From an uncultured Gemmatimonadaceae bacterium (GTDB taxonomy: Bacteria; Gemmatimonadota; Gemmatimonadetes; Gemmatimonadales; Gemmatimonadaceae): a stretch of 64,000 bases of DNA. The notes beneath the pieces were generated by a model. That model had not been told where the DNA came from. It saw only the letters and a program-made list of their open reading frames with translations, and did not search any database. Shown here one piece after another: positions 1 to 9,636 of this stretch. The stretch is taken from contig CAVUDW010000003.1 in NCBI GenBank assembly GCA_963740355.1, forward strand, positions 2,048,001 to 2,112,000, read 5' to 3'. A program made the translations under genes and the position numbers. Position 1 is the stretch's first letter. The number at the start of each line of letters is the position of its first letter.

Positions 1-1
1 A

Positions 2-3000
2 ATTCCGGAGCTGCGCACCGCAGCCAACGACGCGCAACGGCTGGCCACCTTGCTGGCCGAGCAACACAGCTACGATGTCACCACGCTGATCGACGCCGAT
101 GCCTCACGGGCACGCCTGACGGAATTGCTGACGAAGGAGCTGCCCGCGCGCGTCGGTGTCGACGACCGCGTGCTCTTCTACTTCGCCGGCCATGGTGTGG
201 CGCGCGACAGTGACGAAGGCCCGAACGGCTACCTGCTTCCAGCGGACGCGCGACGCGGTGACGAGTCCACGTACCTCAACATGCCGCTGGTGCACGACGC
301 GCTGCTTGGACTCAGCTGCCGCCACATGCTGGTCGTGCTCGACTCCTGCTTTTCCGGCGCATTCCGGTGGTCGGGCACACGCGACGCCGAGGAAGTGGTG
401 GAGGTGGTGCATCAGGAGAAGTATGACCGGTTCGTGAAGGACCCCGCCTGGCAGGTGATCACCTCCGCCTCGCAAGACCAAAAGGCCATCGACCAACTCT
501 CGGCAGGCGCACTCGGGAGCCGTGATGGCGATGGCGCACATTCCCCATTCGCGCTCGCCCTGTTCGATGGATTGAGCGGCAAGGGCGATGTCATTCCGCG
601 CGAGGGTGGCGACGGGTTGGTGACGGCCACCGAGCTCTATCTCTATCTCGACGAGACACTGCAGAGCGCGGCACTGGCCGCAGGCAAGACGCAGACGCCA
701 CGACTGTGGCCGCTGAAGAAGCACGACAAGGGCGAGTTCGTCTTCTTCGTTCCAGGCCGCGATCTCTCGCTGCCCCCGGCGCCACCGCTCACCTTCGACA
801 ACAATCCGTGGCGCGGCCTCGCATCGCACGACGCCACCAATGCGACGCTGTTCTTTGGGCGTGATGCAGAAACGGAAGCGCTGCGAAAGAAGGTCGAAGC
901 CAATCCACTGACCGTGGTGCTGGGTGCATCCGGCACAGGAAAGTCTTCGCTGGTGAAGGCCGGCGTCGTCCCTCGCCTCACGGCCGGCGGCTGGCTGGTG
1001 TTGCCGATTGTGCGCCCGGGGTCAACACCGCTGATCGCGCTTGCACAGGCACTGTCGGTTGACGGTCAGGGCTCGGCCGGCGCCGCCACTCCGGAGAGCG
1101 TCACTGCCGTGATGCAGCGACTCCTCGATGCACAGGGCGACAAGAAAGTCGTGCTGGTGATCGATCAGTTCGAGGAACTGATCACCCTCGTGCCCTCCGG
1201 CGCCGAGCGCGATCGCACGCTGGCGCTGCTCGCCAGTCTCGCCGATGCGCACGCCGATCGCTTGCGCATCGTCGTCACGATCCGCACCGACTTCGAGCCC
1301 AATTTCGACCGCTCCGCCTTCGGCGATCGGTGGCGAGAGGGCCGCTACAACGTGCCACCGATGTCGCGGCAGAATCTCCGCGACGTGATCGAGAAGCCGG
1401 CCGCCGCGCGAGTGTTGTACTTCGACCCATCCAGCCTCGTGGACACGCTGCTGGACGAGGTGGTGACGACGCCGGGCGCGTTGCCACTGCTCTCCTTTGC
1501 GTTGAGCGAGATGTACATCGCCTACGTAAAGCGCCAGAGCAGCGATCGTGCCATCACACGCGCCGACTACGATGGCCTTGGTGGAGTCGCTGGCGCACTT
1601 CGCTCGCGCGCCGAATCCGAGTACGCCGCGCTCGACGCGGCACATCGCGCCACGCTGCGTCGCGTCATGCTGCGCCTGGTGACCGGTGAAGGTGGTGGCC
1701 TCGCACGGCGGCGAGTGATGGATGCCGAACTCGATTTTGCCGACATGGACGAACATGCCCGCGCCGCCAACGTGGTGCAGCGCCTCACCGCCGCACGACT
1801 GCTCGTCGAAGGGAAGGAACCGGATGGCGAGGCATTCGTCGAACCGGCGCACGATGCACTGGTCCGTGGCTGGGGACGCCTGATGGAATGGGTGCGCGAA
1901 GAGAACGAAGCGAAATTCGCGCTCTCGCAGCAGCAACGGCTCACGCGATCGGCCACCGAATGGGAGCGAGCCGACGCCACCTCGAAATCCGGCCTGTTGT
2001 GGAGCGACTCGTCGCGCAGCGCCCAGCTGGCGCCGCTGGTTCGGAAGAAGGCCCCGTGGCTCAATCGTCGAGAGCTGGCTTTCGCGCAGCGCAGCATCCG
2101 GGGGCGGCGGATCACGATGGCAACCGTCGCCGGCGCGCTGCTCACCATCACCGCGGCCGGAATCGTCGCCATCGTGGGCGGCCTGCGAGCCAGTGCACGA
2201 GCCGAGCAGGTTCGCATCGGGGCAATCGTCCGCACGGCCACCTCGATGGTGACCGAGGATCCGATGATCGCCGGCCTGCTGCTCGGCAGCATCGACAGCG
2301 CCGCCGTCGAGAAGGCTGATGCCGCCACCCGTCTCGCGATGCTCGGCGCCGCACTCGAGCTGCGTCGCGGGCCTCGCGTCCTGGCCACCTTCAACGCCGA
2401 CGATGAAGTCGTCGCGGCGCGGATCAGCCCCGATGGCCGATCGGTGGCGACCGCCGTGATCGACAATGAAGTGCGGATCTGGCGCGCCGATGGCACCGGG
2501 TCACCGCTGGTGCTGCGGCAGCCGAACATGCCGGTGACGGCGATCGAGTTTTCGCCGAGCAGTGATCGTCTGGCCGTCGGCGATGCAAACGGCGCGATCC
2601 GCATCTGGCCACGAACCGGCCCCGGCGCTCCAGTCACGCTGCCGGGCGATGCGACGCCCGTCTTGCGGATGCAGTTCAGCCGAGACGGCAGACGCCTGCT
2701 GGTGACGTACGATGTCGGTGCGGCGAAGATCTGGACGACCGACGGCTCGGGCTCGCCAACCGAGATCCAGTCGAAGAAGATCAAGTACCTCGTCGCCGGC
2801 GTGTCGCCTGAGACCGGCAAGGACATGCTCACCCCAGCGTTCGTGGGCGTGGACGAGGCGCTGTTCGCCGATGGCGATCGACAGGTCGTGACGATCATGC
2901 GCGACAGCAGCGTGCAATTCTGGCCCAGCGTCGGTGTGGCCGAGCCGACGCGCACGGTACGACTGCCGCGACGCGAGGAACCGACGCGGATCGCGGTCAG

Positions 3001-4684
3001 CCCGGACGGCAAACGCGTCGCCGTCGGCGGTCGGAACGCGCAACTCTTCGTGCTCGATCTGGGCGTCAAGTCGCGCAGCCTGCGGCTCTCCGGCGCCACC
3101 GGCGACATCGCGGCGCTCGGCTGGAGCCCCGACGGCGCGATGTTGGTGAGTACTGCCACCGACACCGGCATGCTGGTGTGGAATACGACCTCGGGCGAAC
3201 GCATCCGCCGATTCCGGCACAACGGCGAGGCGATGCAATCGGCCGATTTCAGCCCGGACGGTCGCTCGATCATCACGACCTCGCCGTATTCGTTTCAGGC
3301 TACCATCTGGTCGCTCGACAGCGCGGTCGTCGCGCTCCCAGGCCAGACGAACGAGCTGGTGGCGGCAGACTTCGCCCCTGATTCGCGTCGCGTCCTCACG
3401 GCCGCGAAAGACGGCAGCGTGCGGCTCTGGTCGCTACCAGACCCACCCATCTACTCCGAACGCGGTGGCATCGAAAGCGAACATCCCGAAGGAGGCAACA
3501 TCGCGGCGGTGGCATTCTCGCCGGACGAAAGAACGATCGCGATGAGTACGCTGGACGGTCTTATGTATCAAAAGCGGCTTGATAGTGTCTCGATGAAGCG
3601 TATGATCGACTCTGCGCCAGGGACGCTGCGGACGCTGGCATTTTCGCCTGATGGACGCCGCCTGCGCGGTCTCCTGTACGACGGAACGCGGCGACTCTGG
3701 ACGCTCGGCACAATCCCGTCCCGTGCGGACGTCCCGACGAGCTCGACCGCATTTGCGATCACCACGGAGTTCGCCGCCGACGGTCGGCACGCACTCTCCA
3801 TCACCGATCAGGGCAGCGCGCTGGTGTGGGATGTCGACACGAAATCACCGCCGATGACGCTGCAGCTTCTCCCCGCCGATTCCATCTGCGCCGGTCAGGA
3901 CGGCGACGACGATTGCGCCGATCCGTTGGATAGCTGCGCCGCGCTGTCGCGCGATGGTCAGTTCGCGGCGGCATGCCTGCGCGCGGGTCCGGCCGCGATC
4001 TACCGCGTGCCGACGACGACGCCATTCCGCACGATCACGACACCCCGATCGAGCCGGTCCACAGCCGTGGCATTCAATTCCGACGCCAGCCGGATCGCGG
4101 TCGGCTACGGCAACGGCAGCATTCGGCTCTTCACGGTCGCCGGCGCAGATACCGGCCGCCTGATCGCAGGACATCGGCAGGCGGTAAAGCTGCTCGACTT
4201 CTCCCCCGATGGTCAGCGACTGCTCTCGGCCGCCAAGGACGGCACGGTCCGCGTCTGGGACACCGCGACGGGCACCTCGCTCGTCACCATCCGACCCAAA
4301 GGCCTGGTGATTCAGGTCGCGAAGTTCACGCGCGACGGGACACGCATCGTCACGCTCGGCGCCGGCGAAGTGGATGGTCGGCTGTGGAACGCTGATGGGT
4401 CGGGCGGCTTCGTCTCGATGCCGGCCGGGCGAGGCGAAGTCCGCGAGCTGTATCCCAGCGCCAGTGGCAGATGGCTGCTGGCCACCAGTGCCGAGCAGAC
4501 CGCCCAGCTCTATCCACTCGATCCGAATGATGCGATCGCCGCATTTCGAAATGCCCGCACCTGCATGACAGTGGCCGAACGCCAGCGGTACCTCACCGAG
4601 TCCGCGCCAGACGCGACAACCCGATATCGAGCGTGCGAGACAAGTCGACGTGGTACTGATACGACGACAACGCCTGCGCGATGA
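2..4684 (+). CDS. Caspase-like (peptidase C14) + nSTAND1-type P-loop NTPase + transmembrane helix + WD40 repeat protein; 5' end lies outside the window
   Basis: Frame is open from base 2 (IPELRTAANDAQRLATLL, typical C14 N-terminal helix). Catalytic FYFAGHG and LDSCFSG; NPWRGL pre-ATPase motif; Walker A GASGTGKSS; Walker B VLVIDQFEE; PGALPLLSFAL and HDALVRGWGRL winged-helix motifs; hydrophobic helix near 2111-2185; many FSPDG...VRxW WD40 blades. Confidence 0.93.
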   Translation: MPELRTAANDAQRLATLLAEQHSYDVTTLIDADASRARLTELLTKELPARVGVDDRVLFYFAGHGVARDSDEGPNGYLLPADARRGDESTYLNMPLVHDALLGLSCRHMLVVLDSCFSGAFRWSGTRDAEEVVEVVHQEKYDRFVKDPAWQVITSASQDQKAIDQLSAGALGSRDGDGAHSPFALALFDGLSGKGDVIPREGGDGLVTATELYLYLDETLQSAALAAGKTQTPRLWPLKKHDKGEFVFFVPGRDLSLPPAPPLTFDNNPWRGLASHDATNATLFFGRDAETEALRKKVEANPLTVVLGASGTGKSSLVKAGVVPRLTAGGWLVLPIVRPGSTPLIALAQALSVDGQGSAGAATPESVTAVMQRLLDAQGDKKVVLVIDQFEELITLVPSGAERDRTLALLASLADAHADRLRIVVTIRTDFEPNFDRSAFGDRWREGRYNVPPMSRQNLRDVIEKPAAARVLYFDPSSLVDTLLDEVVTTPGALPLLSFALSEMYIAYVKRQSSDRAITRADYDGLGGVAGALRSRAESEYAALDAAHRATLRRVMLRLVTGEGGGLARRRVMDAELDFADMDEHARAANVVQRLTAARLLVEGKEPDGEAFVEPAHDALVRGWGRLMEWVREENEAKFALSQQQRLTRSATEWERADATSKSGLLWSDSSRSAQLAPLVRKKAPWLNRRELAFAQRSIRGRRITMATVAGALLTITAAGIVAIVGGLRASARAEQVRIGAIVRTATSMVTEDPMIAGLLLGSIDSAAVEKADAATRLAMLGAALELRRGPRVLATFNADDEVVAARISPDGRSVATAVIDNEVRIWRADGTGSPLVLRQPNMPVTAIEFSPSSDRLAVGDANGAIRIWPRTGPGAPVTLPGDATPVLRMQFSRDGRRLLVTYDVGAAKIWTTDGSGSPTEIQSKKIKYLVAGVSPETGKDMLTPAFVGVDEALFADGDRQVVTIMRDSSVQFWPSVGVAEPTRTVRLPRREEPTRIAVSPDGKRVAVGGRNAQLFVLDLGVKSRSLRLSGATGDIAALGWSPDGAMLVSTATDTGMLVWNTTSGERIRRFRHNGEAMQSADFSPDGRSIITTSPYSFQATIWSLDSAVVALPGQTNELVAADFAPDSRRVLTAAKDGSVRLWSLPDPPIYSERGGIESEHPEGGNIAAVAFSPDERTIAMSTLDGLMYQKRLDSVSMKRMIDSAPGTLRTLAFSPDGRRLRGLLYDGTRRLWTLGTIPSRADVPTSSTAFAITTEFAADGRHALSITDQGSALVWDVDTKSPPMTLQLLPADSICAGQDGDDDCADPLDSCAALSRDGQFAAACLRAGPAAIYRVPTTTPFRTITTPRSSRSTAVAFNSDASRIAVGYGNGSIRLFTVAGADTGRLIAGHRQAVKLLDFSPDGQRLLSAAKDGTVRVWDTATGTSLVTIRPKGLVIQVAKFTRDGTRIVTLGAGEVDGRLWNADGSGGFVSMPAGRGEVRELYPSASGRWLLATSAEQTAQLYPLDPNDAIAAFRNARTCMTVAERQRYLTESAPDATTRYRACETSRRGTDTTTTPAR

Positions 4685-4747
4685 GCCGGTCGAAGCAAAT
4701 GCCTGCTGCTCTGGTTCGCGCTACATCCGCGCCGTATCCTTGAGCCT

Positions 4748-7669
4748 GTGACCACGCCCAACCTCCCTGGTGATCCGAAGCCGGTGAACGGGCCGCCTCT
4801 CTCCGGCGTGATCGCCAACCGCTACCGGATCGAACGGCAGATCGGCGAGGGCGGGATGGCGACGGTCTACCTCGCCCACGACCTCACACGCGGGGTATCG
4901 GTCGCACTGAAGGCGCCCAAGGCCGAGTTGGTGATGCAGCTCGGCGCGGCACGCTTTGCGCGCGAAATCCAGATCTCGACCAAGCTGCAGCACCCGCACA
5001 TCGTCCCCGTGCTGGACGCTGGTTTCGCCTCGGAGTCGGTGCCGTTCTACGTCATGCCGTTCATCGACGGCGAGACGCTCGAGCAGAAGCTGGAGCGAAC
5101 CGGCGCCCTCCCCATCGACGAAGCGATCACCATCGCCACCGAAGTGCTGGACGGGCTGATCTACGCGCACAAGCAAGGCTTCGTGCACCGCGACGTAAAG
5201 CCATCGAATGTTCTGATCGCAAACGGGCATGCGATGTTGGCTGACTTCGGCATCGCGCGCGCCGTCGAGACGACCGACAACCGCAAGCTGACCGAGTCGG
5301 GCTTTGCGCTCGGCACCGCCGAGTACATGAGTCCCGAGCAGGCGGCCGGCGATGCGCAGCTCGACGGTCGCAGCGATCAGTACAGCCTCGGTTGCGTGCT
5401 CTATGAAATGCTGGTCGGCGGACCACCGTTCAGCGCGCCGACGGCACGCGCCGTGATGGCTCGGCACTTCGTGGATCCCGTGCCGAGCATTCGCACGGTG
5501 CGCGACACCGTGCCGGAGAAGCTCGAGCAGGCGGTGATGACTGCCCTGTCGAAGATTCCGGTCGATCGATTCGCGGACGCCGCAGCCTTCAAGGCAGCGC
5601 TGAAGGACCCGACGCTGCGCGACGCGACGGCGGCGAGACCGACCACCGCGGCACTGGCAAGGCGCAAGCGAACACGCGTCGTGGGTGGCGTACTCGCGGC
5701 GGTAGCCGTGATCGCGGCACTCACTCTCTGGCGTATGGGTGGAAGTGCCAGTGCGGTGCTCGATCCGAATCGGGTCATGGTCTACCCGTTCGTGACGCCT
5801 GCCGGCTACAGCGGTGCACAAGCGGTGGGCGAAGACGTTGCCACCATCATCGGCAACGCACTCGATGCGGCCGAGCCATTGCGTTGGGTGGACGGGTGGT
5901 CGATGCTCGCCGCGAAGGATCGCGAGAATATCCGGCTGCTCGAAGCGGATGACGCGCGCCGGCTGGCACGTGAGAAACGCTGCGCCACGTTCATCACCGG
6001 GAGGCTCGTGCCGAGCGGTGATTCCGTGAAGGTGTACCTCACGCTGAATGATGTCAGCGGTGACTCGGTACTGGCGCAGGGCGAAGCCACCGGCAGCGCA
6101 AAGGACCCATGGCGCCAGGGCCTTCGCGCCATGAGCGGCATCCTGCCGAAGCTGATCCCGGGCGGCACCAGAGACGTTTCGGCGGACTGGAAGGATCGCA
6201 GCCCTGGTGCGGTCGCCAGCTTCCTCCTTGGCGAAGCAGCATTCCGTCGCGTGCAGATGACGGATGCGCTGACGCGCTTCCGCAAGGCAATCGAGCTCGA
6301 TTCGACCTTTGCGCTGGCGGCGTTGCGTGGCGCACAGGCGGCATCCTGGAATCACCGGAGCGCTGAAGCTGCGTCGATGGTGTCTGTTGCACTCACGCAG
6401 CCGTTACCACCACGCTATCACCAGCTTGCGGTCGGAATCGCGGCGTATCTCGCCGGGCACGCCGATTCTGCGATCGTTCACCTGCATGCAGCGACAGCGG
6501 CCGATCCGGATATGACCGTCGCCTGGATGCAGCTGGGTGAGGTGTACACACACCTGCTGCCGTTGGCTGGCAATACCGACTCACTGGCAGACCTCGCATT
6601 TTCGCGGGCACGGATGCTCGACACCAATGCGGCGAGCGCACTGCTGCATCCGATCGAGATACGCCTTCGTCGCGCCGACACGGTCGCGGCGCAGGCGCTT
6701 CTGGCACGCTTCCGCGCCGCAAACCCTGATGCGCCCCTTCTTGCGCCGCTCACGATCGCCGAGACCTGCGTGACCAAGGGCGCGACGGCGGTAGACTGGA
6801 ACGGCGAGGCCGCGCGGCAACCGCTCTACCTTCTCGCAGCATCGAAGACACTCGCCGGTGGTGGCGCGCAGCTCGAGTGCGCGGTCGCAGGCTTCCGCGC
6901 GATTCTGGCCATCGATACGGCGGCGACGGATGAAGCCGATGCCCGGCGATTCGCCGCCATGCTCGGCCTGCAGGCAATTCACCTCGCCCGTGGTCAGCCG
7001 GCGTTGGCATCTGCCACCATCGATGCATTCGTCGCCCGCTGGGGTGCAGGGTCATCGCTGTTCCTGCTCGATGGAGCATTCGAGCCCGCGCTGCTCGCTC
7101 GGGCTAGCGCGGTCGCCGCATCGGATGCCGCGACGTACGGTGTGAACTACACCAACTTGCCGTACGCGCGGCGACTCTGGGAGTTGGGGATACTCGAGAT
7201 GCGGACGGGCAGCGTGGACGTGGCCGCAGCGGCCGCCGCAGAACTTCGCCGCCGCGGTGCCGACCCCGACTCCAGCTATGCGCTCGCACGCGCAATGTCG
7301 CTCGAGGCGTTCGTCCAGCTCGCGCGCAGCACCACGAGAGCCGATTCAGCGAATGCCGAGCAGCGTTTCGTCGCGCTGCTCGAGCGCGGCCCGGACGGGG
7401 AGTCCTATCAGTGGGATGAGGCCGCACCGATGGCGGCAGAACGACTCACGCTGGCACGGTTGCTCCAGGCCCGAGGTGCGTACGAGCAGGCAATCGGTGT
7501 CGCCGAAGTGTTCGACTCGCGTTGGCCGCTGGTCTACGTGCAATTCCTGCCAGCCAGTCTCGAACTGCGGGCGGCGGCAGCGAAGTCGCTTGGCAATTCC
7601 GCGCGCGAGTCGCATTATCTAACTCGCCTCGCTGCACTGCGAAGTCAGGTGAAGGCTACCGGAGGCTGA
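4748..7669 (+). CDS. Membrane-anchored Hanks-type Ser/Thr protein kinase with TPR-like helical C-terminal region
   Basis: GEGGMATVY, VALK, HRDVKPSN, DFG and GTAEYMSPEQ motifs; TM segment VVGGVLAAVAVIAALTLW after RRKRTR; TPR-like FRKAIELDSTFALA. GTG start approximate. Confidence 0.93.
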   Translation: MTTPNLPGDPKPVNGPPLSGVIANRYRIERQIGEGGMATVYLAHDLTRGVSVALKAPKAELVMQLGAARFAREIQISTKLQHPHIVPVLDAGFASESVPFYVMPFIDGETLEQKLERTGALPIDEAITIATEVLDGLIYAHKQGFVHRDVKPSNVLIANGHAMLADFGIARAVETTDNRKLTESGFALGTAEYMSPEQAAGDAQLDGRSDQYSLGCVLYEMLVGGPPFSAPTARAVMARHFVDPVPSIRTVRDTVPEKLEQAVMTALSKIPVDRFADAAAFKAALKDPTLRDATAARPTTAALARRKRTRVVGGVLAAVAVIAALTLWRMGGSASAVLDPNRVMVYPFVTPAGYSGAQAVGEDVATIIGNALDAAEPLRWVDGWSMLAAKDRENIRLLEADDARRLAREKRCATFITGRLVPSGDSVKVYLTLNDVSGDSVLAQGEATGSAKDPWRQGLRAMSGILPKLIPGGTRDVSADWKDRSPGAVASFLLGEAAFRRVQMTDALTRFRKAIELDSTFALAALRGAQAASWNHRSAEAASMVSVALTQPLPPRYHQLAVGIAAYLAGHADSAIVHLHAATAADPDMTVAWMQLGEVYTHLLPLAGNTDSLADLAFSRARMLDTNAASALLHPIEIRLRRADTVAAQALLARFRAANPDAPLLAPLTIAETCVTKGATAVDWNGEAARQPLYLLAASKTLAGGGAQLECAVAGFRAILAIDTAATDEADARRFAAMLGLQAIHLARGQPALASATIDAFVARWGAGSSLFLLDGAFEPALLARASAVAASDAATYGVNYTNLPYARRLWELGILEMRTGSVDVAAAAAAELRRRGADPDSSYALARAMSLEAFVQLARSTTRADSANAEQRFVALLERGPDGESYQWDEAAPMAAERLTLARLLQARGAYEQAIGVAEVFDSRWPLVYVQFLPASLELRAAAAKSLGNSARESHYLTRLAALRSQVKATGG

Positions 7670-7697
7670 GCCTCCATTCCCGTCCGAGGGTAGTTCG

Positions 7698-8027
7698 ATG
7701 ACCAAAGGTCGCGAAGGTGATGTCGTTGCGCCGACATCGAGTAAGGGTCGTGATGGCGACATCGTGGCGCCGGTCTCAGGCAAGGGACGCGAGGGAGACA
7801 TCGTCGCGCCGGTCTCAGGCAAGGGTCGCGAGGGAGACATCGTCGCGCCGGTGTCAGGCAAGGGTCGCGAAGGAGACATTGTCGCACCGGTCTCGGGCAA
7901 GGGTCGCGAAGGGGACATCGTCGCGCCGGTCTCAGGCAAGGGACGCGAAGGCGACATCGTCGCACCGGTCTCGGGCAAGGGTCGCTCCGGTGGGGAACCG
8001 GTGAAGAAGGACCCGCGCGACCGATAG
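7698..8027 (+). CDS. 109-aa tandem-repeat peptide, 7 x 13-aa KGR(E/D)GD(I/V)VAP(V/T)S(G/S) plus an eighth KGR
   Basis: ATG preceded by GAGGG; 28 bp after the kinase stop and 31 bp before the next caspase start, same strand. Units 3-7 are identical in protein and differ in DNA only at synonymous third positions. Confidence 0.8.
   Translation: MTKGREGDVVAPTSSKGRDGDIVAPVSGKGREGDIVAPVSGKGREGDIVAPVSGKGREGDIVAPVSGKGREGDIVAPVSGKGREGDIVAPVSGKGRSGGEPVKKDPRDR
7704..7985 (+). repeat. 39-bp coding tandem repeat, 7 full units plus a partial unit
   Basis: Units start at 7704, 7743, 7782, 7821, 7860, 7899 and 7938, partial at 7977; consensus AAGGGTCGCGARGGNGACATCGTCGCRCCGGTCTCRGGC. Confidence 0.97.
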
Positions 8028-8058
8028 GTCCCCCACGATTTCACAACACAGCACAACC

Positions 8059-9636
8059 ATGACGATGCCCGAGTCTTCTGTCGACGGCGTCCGCCGCGCC
8101 GTGGTCATTGGCGTCGACAACTACACCAAGAAGCCGCTCGACGGGTGCGTTGCCGACGCGACGATGATGGCCGAGGTACTGCAGCAGCGGTTCGCGTTCG
8201 ACAAGGCGAATATCTCGCTCCTGCTGAACGATGCCGCGCGCCGCGATGCCGTGCTTGCGGAGCTCGACCAGCTCGTCGATCTCACCACGGCGAACGATGT
8301 CGCGTTCATCTTTTACGCCGGCCATGGTTCACAGTCGGTGAATAGCGACAACACCGAATCGAGTGGCTACGACAGCACCTTCAACGTCTGCGACAATCCG
8401 CGCGAGGACATTCTCGACGACGAGATCGCGGCGCGCCTCGCTGCCCTCGGCGAGAAGTCGCCCTGGACGGTGATGATCGTTGACGCCTGCAATTCAGGCA
8501 CGCTCACCCGCAGCGCAGACGCCGGGCCGAAAGAACGCTGGACGCCGCCGGTCGACCGCACAGCCCTGCCGGCCGCTGCGCAGCAGGCGCTCACGACGCG
8601 AAGTCCCGTCGCTGCAACACCGGAGTCGTACGTTCTCCTGACGGCCTGCCGTGATGGCGAGATCGCGCAGGAGACGGTCATCCCCGGCGACCAGACCATC
8701 CACCACGGGGCGTTCACGTTTGCACTCGTTCACGAGTTGCAGCGCGCAATCGGTGGCGACACCTGGCGCGACGTATTCGATCGGGTGTCACGGGCGGTCA
8801 GCACAGTGCACAAGGAGCAGCACCCGCAGATCGATGGCAATCTCGATCGCGAAATCTTCGGCCTCCGGCAACTGCCACCGATGCCGTTCGTGGCCATCAC
8901 TGATCGCGCCAGTACCTCCGCCGTGCTCGCCGCCGGCTCGCTGCACGGTGTCAGCATCGGCAGCGTGTACACGATCTACGCCGATGGGACCAAGGATGTC
9001 ACCGGCGCAGCGTCGCTTGGCACGGTCGAAGTGACACTGGTGAAGGGCACCACGTCTCGTGCACGCGTCGTCTCTGAGACGGCACCTGGTGCGATCGTGA
9101 TCGGCTCACGCGCTGTACAATCACAACGCCGAACAGTCGACGATGCGCTTGCGCTCACCAATACCGATCCGAAGAGCCGCATGCAGGGTGCCGTCACCCT
9201 CGAGATCCTTCGTCGTGACGTCGACGGTGCGTGGGCCGTCGCCATGGACGACGTGTCGTTCGGCATGCCCGTCTTCGACTCCGGCGATCGCATCGCATTT
9301 CGCATGACGAACACACTCGATGAGCCAGTGTTCGTGAACCTCTTTGACTTCGACCCGACGGGTACGGTGTCAGTCAAGACGAAAGGCTGGGCGAATCAGC
9401 TGAAGGCAAAGGGGGTGTTCGAGATCGGTACGGACACCCGCAAGATCTCGATGCGCTGGGATGCGGATGACGCGGTGGAGTCGTTCAAGCTGTTTGCATC
9501 CGTCGCGCAGGTGGACCTCTCCTGGCTCCTGCAGCTCGACCAGCCGGGGCGCGGCACTGAGGAGGTGTCATCGCTTGCGGTCGACGACTGGTGCTCGCAC
9601 GTGAAGTCAATCCGCATCCGTCGGAAACTCGCATGA
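8059..9636 (+). CDS. Caspase-like protease (peptidase C14, meta/orthocaspase type) with C-terminal Ig-like (DUF4384-like) domain
   Basis: RRAVVIGVDNY..LDGCVADA, FYAGHGS (His), VDACNSG (Cys), LLTACRDGEIAQE, HGAFTFAL, QHPQIDG; C-terminal GDRIAFRMTN...VFVNLFDFDPTG...ESFKLFAS. Confidence 0.92.
   Translation: MTMPESSVDGVRRAVVIGVDNYTKKPLDGCVADATMMAEVLQQRFAFDKANISLLLNDAARRDAVLAELDQLVDLTTANDVAFIFYAGHGSQSVNSDNTESSGYDSTFNVCDNPREDILDDEIAARLAALGEKSPWTVMIVDACNSGTLTRSADAGPKERWTPPVDRTALPAAAQQALTTRSPVAATPESYVLLTACRDGEIAQETVIPGDQTIHHGAFTFALVHELQRAIGGDTWRDVFDRVSRAVSTVHKEQHPQIDGNLDREIFGLRQLPPMPFVAITDRASTSAVLAAGSLHGVSIGSVYTIYADGTKDVTGAASLGTVEVTLVKGTTSRARVVSETAPGAIVIGSRAVQSQRRTVDDALALTNTDPKSRMQGAVTLEILRRDVDGAWAVAMDDVSFGMPVFDSGDRIAFRMTNTLDEPVFVNLFDFDPTGTVSVKTKGWANQLKAKGVFEIGTDTRKISMRWDADDAVESFKLFASVAQVDLSWLLQLDQPGRGTEEVSSLAVDDWCSHVKSIRIRRKLA

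Noticed and set aside
1567..3276. 569-aa - strand ORF, and similar long antisense ORFs at 4721-6355, 35838-37751, 41986-43686 and 58313-59917
   Set aside because: All lie opposite well-supported genes and lack recognisable motifs.
7704..7985. 39-bp repeat as a CRISPR array
   Set aside because: Units are contiguous with no unique spacers, vary at codon third positions, and no cas genes are present.
7698..8027. Repeat peptide as a graspetide/lanthipeptide precursor or an amyloid signalling motif
   Set aside because: No leader peptide and no ATP-grasp, Lan, YcaO or radical SAM enzyme in the window. A Pro in every unit and the lack of Asn/Gln argue against amyloid.
7619..8056. Antisense ORF reading the repeat as PSRPLPETGATMS
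   Set aside because: This frame shares third codon positions with the + frame, so it is conserved passively. It has an E/D change where the + frame has none, opposes the operon and overlaps the kinase end. Not formally excluded.
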